Below are positions 26,839-36,256 of a stretch of DNA of 64,000 nt, piece after piece; within the stretch, counting starts at the first letter, position 1; each line of letters begins with the position of its first letter. The DNA comes from Ktedonobacterales bacterium (GTDB taxonomy: Bacteria > Chloroflexota > Ktedonobacteria > Ktedonobacterales > DATBGS01). The notes under the pieces are model-generated. The model searched no databases. It had not been told where the DNA came from and saw nothing but the letters and a program-made list of their open reading frames with translations. The stretch lies in NCBI GenBank assembly GCA_036557285.1, contig DATBHW010000007.1, forward strand, positions 17,657 through 81,656, given 5' to 3'. Made by a program: the position numbers and the translations under genes.

Positions 26839-28602
26839 TTATTCGTATGGCTGGTTCGTAAAGGGCCGATTAAACGGCTGGTCAGGGTAGCCTTGCCCCT
26901 GGCTATTATAGCCCTGTTGTCCATTGTACCCTTGATTCGGATAGTCCGGCTGCCCATTATACCCTTGATTGGGGAAGCCCGGCTGCCCATTCGACAACGG
27001 GTTTCCATAATCTTGCTGGCCGTTGTAGTGCGGCAGCCCCTGGTTCGGGCCGGGCATGGGCGGCTGCCCTGCCGCATGGGCGGGCAAGGCTGGCAGATTC
27101 GGGAAGGCAGGATCATCACCAAACCAGGAGTTCGGATCAAGCTGATCCAGACTGGGCATATTCAGCAGAGGGGGCAGGCCGCCGCTCGGCGAAGCGAGCG
27201 CATCAGAGGGCTGTTGTTCTGGCAAACGGAACGTCGCCACCGAGGCCCGCAACTGATCGGCCAGTTCAGACAGGTAACTGACACTGGCGGCGGAATCCTG
27301 CGAAGCAGAAGTCGTCTGGCGCGTAATCTCCAGAATCTGATTCATGGCGATAGCCACCGCCTCCGAGGTCTGCGCGCGCTCATTGGCCGAGCGCGCAATC
27401 GCCTCAATCATCTGTGCCTGGCGATCCACCGCCGCATAGATCATCTTCAGCGCGTGGCCGGCTTCATCGGCCAGCCTGGAACCAGAGACCACTTCCTGGG
27501 TACTTTCTTCCATAGCCACGACGGCATCATACGTATCGCCCTGAATACTCTTGACCAGCGTGGCGATCTTCTTCGTAGCCTCACCAGAGCGTTCAGCCAG
27601 CATACGAATCTCGTCGGCCACCACGCTAAACCCGCGCCCCTGGTCGCCGGCCATCGCCGATTGAATAGCCGCGTTCAGGGCCAGCAGGTTCGTCTGATCG
27701 GCAATGTCCTCGATCAAACGCACGATCTCGCCAATCTCTTGGGAACGCTCGCCCAGACGCTTGATCTTCTTAGAGGTCTCCTGCACGTTATCACGGATAT
27801 GCTGCATGCCATCAATCGTCTGCACCACCGCTTGTTCGCCGCCGCGCGCGTTGCGCAGCGCCTCCTGAGCCGTCTCGGCGCTCAACTGCGCGTTACGCGC
27901 CGTCGCCTGGATAAAGGTCGCCAGCGCCTCCACCGCCTCAGTCGTCTGGGCAATCTGCACCTCTTGCTGCTCCGACGCCTGGGCCAGTTCAGCGGAGCGG
28001 TCCAGGATGCGGCGGGTCGCCGTCGTCACCTGCATCGTGGTTGACTGCACGCGGCCCACGACTTTCCCCAACTCTTCAATCATATAGTTAAACGAGTCAG
28101 CCAGCACACCCAGCGTATCGGGGGTCACTTCCGCCTGCACGCGCAAATCGCCATCGCCCACCGCGCTGACTTCCTGAAGCAGCTTTTCAATCTGCGCTTG
28201 CAGGTTGGCAGCCTCGCGGCCCTCGCCAGCACTCGGCGACGTTTCTAAGAGCGAATTGATACTGGCCGCCAGCATAGCGAAGGCATCATCGCCAACTACC
28301 TCGGCTCGTATCGCGCGGTCGCCTTCCGCCCCACTCTTGCAGATCTCCACCAGTCCAATGCAGCGCTCATGAATCTGACGCTGGATGCGATAGCCCAGAT
28401 ACATGACAACCAGCATCGAGATAATCGCGCAGGTAAACGTAGCAATCCAGGTCGCCAGTTGGTCATCGGCGTTGAGGGTGAGCCGCTGCACTTCCCAGAC
28501 TCCCAGGATCAGCACCATAACAGCCGGGATAATAGCAGCAGCCAGCAACGTCCAGCGCATGCGTAAGGCAAGCGACAAGCCCTTACCAGAATCAGGATTC
28601 AT
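26839..28602 (-). CDS. Methyl-accepting chemotaxis protein without a periplasmic sensor domain, with a Q/N/G/Y/P-rich repeat tail
   Basis: Two TM helices are separated by about 15 aa, followed by HAMP and the signalling hairpin 'NLLALNAAIQSAMAGDQGRGFSVVADEIRMLAERS'. The tail is 'NQGYNGQPDYPNQGYNGQQGYNSQGQGYPDQP'. Confidence 0.9.
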   Translation of the reverse strand: MNPDSGKGLSLALRMRWTLLAAAIIPAVMVLILGVWEVQRLTLNADDQLATWIATFTCAIISMLVVMYLGYRIQRQIHERCIGLVEICKSGAEGDRAIRAEVVGDDAFAMLAASINSLLETSPSAGEGREAANLQAQIEKLLQEVSAVGDGDLRVQAEVTPDTLGVLADSFNYMIEELGKVVGRVQSTTMQVTTATRRILDRSAELAQASEQQEVQIAQTTEAVEALATFIQATARNAQLSAETAQEALRNARGGEQAVVQTIDGMQHIRDNVQETSKKIKRLGERSQEIGEIVRLIEDIADQTNLLALNAAIQSAMAGDQGRGFSVVADEIRMLAERSGEATKKIATLVKSIQGDTYDAVVAMEESTQEVVSGSRLADEAGHALKMIYAAVDRQAQMIEAIARSANERAQTSEAVAIAMNQILEITRQTTSASQDSAASVSYLSELADQLRASVATFRLPEQQPSDALASPSGGLPPLLNMPSLDQLDPNSWFGDDPAFPNLPALPAHAAGQPPMPGPNQGLPHYNGQQDYGNPLSNGQPGFPNQGYNGQPDYPNQGYNGQQGYNSQGQGYPDQPFNRPFTNQPYE

Positions 28603-28846
28603 AATAAATACTTCCTCCTAATAGTTGAGGATCATCCCATAGCGCCGTCGCGCCAAACGATCAGACTGAAGGGCATAGAAACAAGCGACCTTTATGGCAT
28701 CCTTCCCCTTATAGCACAGACGCCCCGACGCCCCTTGCAGGGCTGGCGCCATGCTCAAGCCAACACACGCTGAGTTCGGCGCTGCGGCGGCCCTTCATCT
28801 GGCTTGCCAGGCGGCAGGTTCCCCCGCTGCGGCGAGCCGCTCGCGC

Positions 28847-29680
28847 CTAATTTCCACTTTGATACCGGTGCATTTTTTCTGATAAGAGCAGCCGCTCCAT
28901 ATCAATTAACAGAACCGAACGAACGCCAACGCTTGCAATTCCACTGACATAGGGAGAAGCCCAGCCAGGAATGGCCTGCGTGATATGCTGCGATTGTATC
29001 ATGTTTGGAAGAATGCCACGCATCTCACTCACCCCATCAACCACCAGCCCGATCACGAGTTCACGCACACGCCCGACTACGAGCCGCGTGCGCGCAGATG
29101 GCGGCAGGCGGTCCATGCCCAAAAAACTGCGCAAATCAACCACCGAGACGATATGCCCGCGCGAATGGATGACTCCATCGATCCAGTATGCCACATTCGG
29201 CACCGGAGTAACATCAGGGAGGCGCTCGACGGCCTGCACATTCTCGGCCTTGAACGCGCACTCAAAACTGTCCAGGGAGAATACCAGATACTGTTCGCCC
29301 AGATCCTCAGCGTTCTCGTCAGCGCCAGGCGCTGTGTTAATGGTCCCGTGGAGTGCCAGTTGCCCCCCGGCATAGCTGGCAGCAAGCATCGAGGCAGAGA
29401 GCGAACCGCTCGCCCCGAGGGGGTAATGCTCCAGGTCCAGTCCCCCCGCTTTGCGGGCAAGTTGCTCGAAGGGGATGCTCGCCCCGCCGCTCTGGCTGCC
29501 TGGGTCCATTCCACCGGGCGAGCGGTTGAACCCGAACCCTTCGGCGCCGTTGCTCAGGCCCTCTGGCTCGTCGAACGGCCTCGCTGATTCTCCACCAGAC
29601 CGGTCCTGCCTATCGCTCACAATGATCTCCTCTGCTGCGGTTTCTCCTACCCCTATACGCGCCTCGCTCCAGCAAGCCAT
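28847..29680 (-). CDS. cheW: CheW-like coupling protein with a ~130-aa Gly/Ser/Ala-rich N-terminal extension
   Basis: CheW domain 'QYLVFSLDSFECAFKAENVQAVERLPDVTPVPNVAYWIDGVIHSRGHIVSVVDLRSFLGM...VVDGVSEM'. Confidence 0.85.
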   Translation of the reverse strand: MACWSEARIGVGETAAEEIIVSDRQDRSGGESARPFDEPEGLSNGAEGFGFNRSPGGMDPGSQSGGASIPFEQLARKAGGLDLEHYPLGASGSLSASMLAASYAGGQLALHGTINTAPGADENAEDLGEQYLVFSLDSFECAFKAENVQAVERLPDVTPVPNVAYWIDGVIHSRGHIVSVVDLRSFLGMDRLPPSARTRLVVGRVRELVIGLVVDGVSEMRGILPNMIQSQHITQAIPGWASPYVSGIASVGVRSVLLIDMERLLLSEKMHRYQSGN

Positions 29681-29723
29681 CCGTGGCGCTGGAGAGGTTC
29701 GGACGCATTCCCTGCGACGGATA

Positions 29724-30089
29724 TTACACTAATCTGCGCACACTGGCAACCAGTTCATCCCGATTAAAGGGTTTGGTCAGATACAAGTCTGCCCCCTGCT
29801 GCAAACCCCAGCGTTTATCCAGCGGGGTGTTCTTGCTGCTCATCAGAATAATCGGGATATTGCGGCCCTGTTCCATGTGTTTGATCTGGCGGCACAGTTG
29901 AAAGCCATTGCGCCGCGGCAAAATCACATCGAGCACAACACATTGCGGATGTTCTGTCAAGACCTTTTCCATAGCTTCATCGCCGTCAACTGCCGTAATT
30001 ACCTCGAAGCCGCTCTCACGCAGCGGCGTAGCAATCAATGTCAGGTCAGTCCAGCTATCGTCAACAACGAGAACTTTCGCGCCGGGCAT
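29724..30089 (-). CDS. Single-domain response regulator (CheY/PilH-like)
   Basis: 'KVLVVDDS', 'VVLDVILPRRNGF', 'IILMSSK', 'DLYLTKPF'. GGAGGAG RBS before the ATG at 30089. Confidence 0.85.
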   Translation of the reverse strand: MPGAKVLVVDDSWTDLTLIATPLRESGFEVITAVDGDEAMEKVLTEHPQCVVLDVILPRRNGFQLCRQIKHMEQGRNIPIILMSSKNTPLDKRWGLQQGADLYLTKPFNRDELVASVRRLV

Positions 30090-30314
30090 CAAGTGTCTCC
30101 TCCTGGGGAATGAGGCTCCGCCTCGCTCCCGTCCATGTGGCATTCGGACCGTATCAGCGTCTATAGTGAAAAGCGCGAGATATGCCGACAGGCCCAGGCC
30201 ACACTCAGTGGCAGGGCCTTGGCAGCCTCCACAGCACTGCTTCTATTACAGACAACTATCCAGGGCCAGAGGCGGTAACGTCAGCAGCCATACTGGCCCA
30301 GCGATCACAAGCGA

Positions 30315-30752
30315 TTAGCCGCGCCGCCGCAAACGGGTTGGGCTGCGGCCAGCATCACGCCTGCGCTCACGCGCGGGTACATTCGCTAAATGCTTTTTCA
30401 CCGACTGCACCAGTTCCACCGAATCGAATGGTTTGGTTAAATATTCCGATGAACCGGCAAGTCGCCCTCTGACTTTATCGAATAGCCCATCTTTCCCACT
30501 CAACATGATAATGGGAATGTGGCGAAACTCCAGTTTATCCCGAATAATGCGGCAAATATTATAACCGTCCATGCGGGGCAGCATAATATCAAGCAGGATG
30601 AGATCCGGGTCTTCGTCGGCAACCGCCGCCAGGGCGCTTAACCCATCGCTGGCGGTGATAACGCGCATATGTTCGCGTTGCAGCGTCAACTGCACAATCT
30701 TCCGCACCGTTGGGCTATCATCTACCACCAGCACCACTGGATCATTCATCAA
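30315..30752 (-). CDS. Single-domain response regulator (CheY/PilG-like)
   Basis: 'VLVVDDSPTVRK', 'ILLDIMLPRMDGY', 'IIMLSGKD', 'EYLTKPF'. 4-nt overlap with the upstream DUF4388 gene. Confidence 0.85.
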   Translation of the reverse strand: MMNDPVVLVVDDSPTVRKIVQLTLQREHMRVITASDGLSALAAVADEDPDLILLDIMLPRMDGYNICRIIRDKLEFRHIPIIMLSGKDGLFDKVRGRLAGSSEYLTKPFDSVELVQSVKKHLANVPARERRRDAGRSPTRLRRRG

Positions 30753-32161
30753 CTCAGCCTCCTTCGCTCCCGCATCGGAACCATGCGCGGGTCAGAGTCC
30801 ATGTATCGCATGCCTGCCTGTGTCATGCCTGGATTTGATTGGCGCCCATCATAGGAGCGTTCAGACGACCCGCCGCGCCGCGCCGCTGCGCGCTCCTGGA
30901 GAAAAGCCTCTCCTCCATTCCCCTGAAGTGCACGTGCCTGCTCTTCGATCTCCTGCAAGAACACATCCCACAACTCACGAAACCGGCGCTCGGAACGGGA
31001 ACTCCCCACTTCATCTTCCAAGATTTTCGTACACATCTGAAGCATCAGCCAGTGGAAGGCGCTCATCACATCCCAATAAAAGCTCTGGAGTTGCTCACCC
31101 TTGACCAGCTTATGCAGCGCCAGAATCTCCTGGTAATCAAGCTGGCCCTCTTGAAACACGACGACCGTATCAACAATCGGCCACCAGACACACGCCTGCT
31201 GGAGCAGTGGCCCAAAGGTCTCCTCCAGGTAGCCTGTTACCTGGGCCGGAGGCACTGCGCCGCGCCCGCGCAGATGGCGAGCATAGGCTCCATGATGAGT
31301 CAAGAGGCCGTTGACGCAGGTTGCCAGCGTCTTCACCAACGCCAGCAGGCGCTGTTCAGTCGATCCTTGATACAGTTTCGATAGCTCATGCTGGCTGGCG
31401 GTCAAAACATCCACCAGATTCCGCTCTAGCTCTGTCTCCAGCGTCTGATCAACCACTTCGATCAGTCGCAGCGACAGCAAATGCCCCATACACTGCGCCA
31501 CCCGCGCCTCGCTTGCCAGCAGCGCATAAGCAATCGCCTGCAACGGCAACTGCCCATTTGCCAGACACAGCACATTGACCGCATCTGGTTCCAGCCCCAG
31601 GCGCATAATATCGCCGGTAAAGTGCGACATCCAGCGCGCCACCGTCGTGCGATTGAGTCCGATAGACGCGGCCTCATCCCACTCATCGGCCTGCCGCAAA
31701 CTTTCCAATAAGACATGATCAACATTCAGCGCAAGCTGAGCGCCTTGCAACACATTGCGATGAAATTCAAAACGGCCCTGCTGCCAGCGCACCGCGCGGG
31801 AGAGGGCCTGAATCACACCATACTCCTGCCATTGGAACATCTCCGCCTCGCTGATGACCTGGTAATCCACCAGCAGCCCCAGTATATCGGGCGAGTTCGG
31901 GCCTATCGCGCGGTGCAGTTCGGCAGCGCGCCTCCCATCAATCTGACGCAGCGAACGCATCACTGCCAGCAGGTTGGGGCGCTGCACAAAGTTATCTTGC
32001 AGCCCGGCAATCTGCCCCTTATTGAGATAGAGCGAGAGAGTATCCTGGCCGGACGTTACCATCAGCGTTCCGGTCTTACCACTAAGCGCGAGCATCTTCA
32101 GCGTTGCCTGTAAGCCAAGCGTCTCAAGGTCGCCGTCCAGTATTCTCCCTGGCTGTTGCAT
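30749..32161 (-). CDS. DUF4388 (PATAN-type) domain protein with a ~370-aa uncharacterised C-terminal region
   Basis: N-terminus 'ILDGDLETLGLQATLKMLALSGKTGTLMVTSGQDTLSLYLNKGQIAG' matches the DUF4388 pattern. GAGGAG RBS before the ATG at 32161. Confidence 0.7.
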   Translation of the reverse strand: MQQPGRILDGDLETLGLQATLKMLALSGKTGTLMVTSGQDTLSLYLNKGQIAGLQDNFVQRPNLLAVMRSLRQIDGRRAAELHRAIGPNSPDILGLLVDYQVISEAEMFQWQEYGVIQALSRAVRWQQGRFEFHRNVLQGAQLALNVDHVLLESLRQADEWDEAASIGLNRTTVARWMSHFTGDIMRLGLEPDAVNVLCLANGQLPLQAIAYALLASEARVAQCMGHLLSLRLIEVVDQTLETELERNLVDVLTASQHELSKLYQGSTEQRLLALVKTLATCVNGLLTHHGAYARHLRGRGAVPPAQVTGYLEETFGPLLQQACVWWPIVDTVVVFQEGQLDYQEILALHKLVKGEQLQSFYWDVMSAFHWLMLQMCTKILEDEVGSSRSERRFRELWDVFLQEIEEQARALQGNGGEAFLQERAAARRGGSSERSYDGRQSNPGMTQAGMRYMDSDPRMVPMRERRRLS

Positions 32162-32288
32162 ATCACTCTTGCTCCTCTTAACCGTCTGAGGCTGCCAGAA
32201 GCGGAAGAAAACCCTCCATCGCTTCGAGGCTGCCAGACCTGGCGAAAGAGGCCAGCCACCCGTCGGTCTCTTCGCGCCTGTTACCGTG

Positions 32289-33125
32289 CTACCCCACTTC
32301 AAGCGGGCCGCGCGATCCTTCAGCACGCCTCATTCCCAGTACCCGCTCTACCGCCGCGAGCAAATCGGCTGATCGTAATGGTTTTTTCAAGACAGCGAGC
32401 GATGGCTGGCTCAACTCCTCAGCCCGCACCTCCACTTCCGCCAGCGCGCTCAACACCACCACCGGTAAACGGGTCAGCCTGGGCCTGGCCCGCAAACAGC
32501 GCAGCACCTGATAGCCATTCATCTTGGGCATCATCATATCCATCACCAGGCAATCAGGCTCCCAGGTAAGACATTGCTCCAGCACCTCAATCCCATCGTG
32601 CGCCGCGCGGGCAATATAGCGCCCGCTCTTCGACAGCACCGTACAGGCCCATTCCGTCATGCGGCTGTCGTCATCCGCTGCCAGCACCCGTACCTGCCGA
32701 TCAGGAGCCACAGGTTCTTGCGGTTGAGTTACCCCCTCAGCGAGAACCCTCTCCAGCGTCATAAGATACCCCCGTAACACGCCCATGTCAAACGGCTTGG
32801 GGACGAACAAGACCGCCTCCAGCGCCTCAAGCGTCTTGCGCCGCAGGGGTTGGCTGCTCAGCGCAATAGTCAGGCGGGCCACAGGCCGGGCAAGCGATTC
32901 TGGCTCATCGAGGCTGCCGCCCACCGCCAGCAGTTCTTGCTCCATTCCATCCAGATCAATAATCAAGAAATCCGCAGCGCCAGCCTGGCTGGCTGCCCTC
33001 TGCTGATTGCCCCCCCAGACAGCAGCCCCATACCCCCACTGGCAGAGGTTCCGCACCAGCACTTCACTCAACCGACCATCTGTTCCCATCACCACAATGC
33101 GCAGTGGCTGTTGCTTCCTTGTCAT
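32289..33125 (-). CDS. Protein with two receiver-like modules and no output domain
   Basis: Module 1 'LRIVVMGTDG...FLIIDLDG...VPKPF'. Module 2 'VRVLAADDDS...LVMDMMMPKMNGY...VVVLSAL...VLKKP'. Confidence 0.75.
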   Translation of the reverse strand: MTRKQQPLRIVVMGTDGRLSEVLVRNLCQWGYGAAVWGGNQQRAASQAGAADFLIIDLDGMEQELLAVGGSLDEPESLARPVARLTIALSSQPLRRKTLEALEAVLFVPKPFDMGVLRGYLMTLERVLAEGVTQPQEPVAPDRQVRVLAADDDSRMTEWACTVLSKSGRYIARAAHDGIEVLEQCLTWEPDCLVMDMMMPKMNGYQVLRCLRARPRLTRLPVVVLSALAEVEVRAEELSQPSLAVLKKPLRSADLLAAVERVLGMRRAEGSRGPLEVG

Positions 33126-33171
33126 CTTTCGCCTCAGCTTCCCTGATCAGGAAATCCCCATAGACTTCCGC

Positions 33172-33933
33172 TCAGTGTGACCGAAAAATATAGCCAACAC
33201 CTGGCTCAGTAAGAATATAGCGAGGATGAGTCGGGTCTTGCTCCACCTTGCGCCGCAGTTGGCGGATAAACACACGCAAGTAATCCTTCTCATCTCCATA
33301 CTCTGGTCCCCAGATCGTTTTCAGCAGCGCGCGATGCGTCAGCACACGATCAGCCGCCGCCATCAGTTGATACAGCAGATCAAACTCCTTGGGTGTCAGG
33401 CGCACCCGCCGGGCGCCTGCCATCACGGTACGGCTCCCCAGACGCATCACCACATACCCATCTTCGCTCGTCAGCGTCTGCTCACCTTCTATCTCATCTG
33501 CCTGGCGTCCAGCACTGCGCCGCAGGCAAGCCCGTATCCGCGCCAGCAGTTCATCGGACCCAAAAGGCTTGGTTAAATAATCATCGGCCCCCAGATCAAG
33601 CGCGTGTACCTTAAAGGGTTCTTCGCCGTGGGCGCTGACCACGATAATTGGCGCTGATGAGCATTGACGCAGTTCACGACAGACCGCCAGGCCATCCATC
33701 CCCGGCATGGATAAATCCAACAAGACCAGATCAGGCGTTTTCTGCCGCGCCAGATCAAGCCCTTGCAGACCACTCGCCGCAACCAGCGCCTCATAACCGC
33801 TGGCGGTCAGAATCCGCCGTAACGAGCGCAGCACTCGTTCCTCGTCATCCACCACCAGAATCCGCTTTGCTTTCGGCTGCGCGTTCACTGATTGCTCAGC
33901 GCCAGTTTCTTCCTCGACCACAGTAGCCCTCAC
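33172..33933 (-). CDS. OmpR-family (KdpE-like) DNA-binding response regulator
   Basis: REC 'ILVVDDEERV...VLLDLSMPGMDG...IIVVSAHG...DDYLTKPF' plus winged helix 'LTPKEFDLLYQLM...YLRVFIRQLRRKVE...ILTEPGVGYIF'. Confidence 0.9.
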   Translation of the reverse strand: MRATVVEEETGAEQSVNAQPKAKRILVVDDEERVLRSLRRILTASGYEALVAASGLQGLDLARQKTPDLVLLDLSMPGMDGLAVCRELRQCSSAPIIVVSAHGEEPFKVHALDLGADDYLTKPFGSDELLARIRACLRRSAGRQADEIEGEQTLTSEDGYVVMRLGSRTVMAGARRVRLTPKEFDLLYQLMAAADRVLTHRALLKTIWGPEYGDEKDYLRVFIRQLRRKVEQDPTHPRYILTEPGVGYIFRSH

Positions 33934-34017
33934 TGCGTCAGATACAGACCATGAAATGACGACATCAACCTCAGCGCCGCCAGGGTAGACACTGGACGGT
34001 CTGTGGCCGCTTCGCGC

Positions 34018-35358
34018 TCAAACAGCACCTTCTACCTCCTCGCTCTCTTCGCCGACGCCGAATACTTTCTCCTGAACCGCCTCTTGCTCCAGCGAGGTTT
34101 CTGGTCCAGGCGCCCCTCCGAATGGGCCGCTGTCGTGGGCAACTCTGCCGGTCATCGGCGCTGATTGTTCAACCGGAAGGGCAAAGACAAACCGCGACCC
34201 TTTTCCGGCGCGCGCTTCGACCCAGATACGCCCCTGATGTGCCAGGATAATCCCGCGACAGATCGCCAGACCCAGGCCGGACCCTCCAGCCAGCGTAGGC
34301 GCGTGGCGCTCCATGAACCCATCATTCAGAGCCTCCGAGCGCCCGCGCCGCTGCTTGACACGATAGAACTTCTCAAAGACGCGCTCGCGCTCCTCCGCTG
34401 GAATACCACATCCCTGATCCTGCACACTCACCTGCACTTCCCCCTCCGCCAGACTCGCCGTAACCCGAATCTCCGTCCCCGCCGGAGAGTATTTGGCCGC
34501 ATTCTCGATCAGGTTGCTCAGCACCCGATCAAGCTGCATAAAATCACCCTGGATCAGCGGCAGCGACACCGCCACATCATACACGATCCGATGCTGGCTT
34601 GTCACTTTCTGCAAGCGATCCAACACCGTATGAATAATCTCCGCCAGATCACACCACTCCGTCTGGAGTTGCAGCGCGCCACCCTGGATGCGCGACATCT
34701 CCAGCAGCGCGCTGACCAGCGTAGTCAGGCGATCAGTCTCCTCATTTATATCTTGCAGCGTCTCGCGCCGCAGCGCCTCGTCCCACTGCAACCCTTCTTG
34801 CAGCAGCCCCGTGACCGCCGCCTTAATCACCATCAAGGGCGTGCGCAGGTCATGCGAAACCGATGAAAGCAGCCCGTTTTCCAGCGCCTCATCCTGCATC
34901 AAAGGCATCATATTACGCAAAAAGAGCGCATACCCTAGCAGCGTTCCTGCCTCATTATACAAAGGATAAGGAGCCAGCGCGTAGCACTGCTTGCGTTCGT
35001 GAAACGTATCGCTCCCGGCAGAAGAGGTGAAGCGCAGCCAGTGCCTGGAAGCAGCCAGCGCAGCAATATCCACCGGGTCGCCCAGGGTCGGCCTGTTCTC
35101 ATGCATCAGGCAATTGCCCCGCAGCAGATGAGAAAGCCAGGCGCTGACTGGCAGGTCATTCAGTTCTGTGACGCTTCTGCCAAGCGTGGCCGCCAGGTCG
35201 TTCAGAAAGACACAGCGGTCATGCGTATCGGCTACCACCAGCCCTTCGGCGCCCGCCGAGGCCAGCCGCTCCAGATAGACGATCTGCTGCGCGAGATCAG
35301 GAGAAGGCTCGGCAGCCAGTCTGGGCGCTGATCGTGGTAGCACGTCCATCCCTTTCAA
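34018..35358 (-). CDS. Cytoplasmic PAS-type sensor histidine kinase
   Basis: H-box 'SSVSHDLRTPL', N-box 'LSNLIENAAKYSP', G1 'VQDQGCGIP', G2 'GSGLGLAICRGI'. No TM segment. The start is ambiguous (TTG at 35358 or ATG at 35349). Confidence 0.85.
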   Translation of the reverse strand: MKGMDVLPRSAPRLAAEPSPDLAQQIVYLERLASAGAEGLVVADTHDRCVFLNDLAATLGRSVTELNDLPVSAWLSHLLRGNCLMHENRPTLGDPVDIAALAASRHWLRFTSSAGSDTFHERKQCYALAPYPLYNEAGTLLGYALFLRNMMPLMQDEALENGLLSSVSHDLRTPLMVIKAAVTGLLQEGLQWDEALRRETLQDINEETDRLTTLVSALLEMSRIQGGALQLQTEWCDLAEIIHTVLDRLQKVTSQHRIVYDVAVSLPLIQGDFMQLDRVLSNLIENAAKYSPAGTEIRVTASLAEGEVQVSVQDQGCGIPAEERERVFEKFYRVKQRRGRSEALNDGFMERHAPTLAGGSGLGLAICRGIILAHQGRIWVEARAGKGSRFVFALPVEQSAPMTGRVAHDSGPFGGAPGPETSLEQEAVQEKVFGVGEESEEVEGAV

Positions 35359-35490
35359 GCCGGAAACAACAGACCCCCATGAGCTATGCCTCCAGCGCCA
35401 TAGCTCCTTAGAACTGTCTTAGAAGGACCACGCATAGTATAGCATGCAGCGCAAGCGGCGCAGCCATCAGGCTGTCAAGGTATCAGCAGT

Positions 35491-36222
35491 TTATAACGTG
35501 GGTTCTGTATCGGGAGCCAGCGTCACAGGCCACTGAACATCAGGGCGATGGGCGCTCAGCGAGGCGCGAATCAAACGCAGCACATCCGCGCGGTCCTCGG
35601 CAGAATGCGCCAGATCAACCTCGTCTGTCTCCAGGCGAATCAGCGGGCAGCGATCAAACGCTGCCGCCCATTCCTCGTAGCGTTGGTTCAGGCGCTCCAC
35701 ATAGCTTGTCTCAATCCCAGCCTCGAACGAGCGCCCACGAATAGCGATCCGCTTCTTGAGGGTCTCCGTCGAAGCCGCCAGATAGAGGACCAGATCGGGC
35801 GGCGGCAGCCCCCGGCACAACTCTTCATAGAGATCGCTGTAGAGCCGATAATCCTCATTGGCAATCTGCCCGCGCTCATACAGGTTGCGCGCCCAGATTT
35901 CCGCGTCTTCATAGATTGTGCGATCTTGCACCGCCGTCGCCGCGCTCGACGCCAGCCGCCGATGCTGCTCGGAGCGTTTCACTAGAAAGAAGAGCTGCGA
36001 ATGAAAGCCCCAGGCGCGCATATCCGCGTAAAAGCGCGCCAGATAGGGATTCTCCTCGGCCAGCTCATAATGCGGCTCAAAATCAGTAGCGCGCGTCACC
36101 AGTTCTACCAGCGTTGTTTTGCCAACCCCCAGATTTCCCGCCACCGCCAGGAACGCCCCGCGCTCCACCGCAGCCGAGAGGGAACGCGCCCCATTGAGCG
36201 CCGGATACCGCGCAGAAGTCAT
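35491..36222 (-). CDS. Deoxynucleoside kinase
   Basis: P-loop 'GNLGVGKTTL', 'ENPYLARFY', 'DRTIYEDAEIWARNL', 'RIAIRGRSFE'. AAGGAG RBS. Confidence 0.85.
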   Translation of the reverse strand: MTSARYPALNGARSLSAAVERGAFLAVAGNLGVGKTTLVELVTRATDFEPHYELAEENPYLARFYADMRAWGFHSQLFFLVKRSEQHRRLASSAATAVQDRTIYEDAEIWARNLYERGQIANEDYRLYSDLYEELCRGLPPPDLVLYLAASTETLKKRIAIRGRSFEAGIETSYVERLNQRYEEWAAAFDRCPLIRLETDEVDLAHSAEDRADVLRLIRASLSAHRPDVQWPVTLAPDTEPTL

Positions 36223-36256
36223 TCATATACTCCTTAATACAAGAGTGGCATCAACC

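Noticed and set aside
26893-28044. 383-aa plus-strand ORF
   Set aside because: It is antisense to the MCP signalling domain and has an Arg/Leu/His-rich shadow-frame composition.
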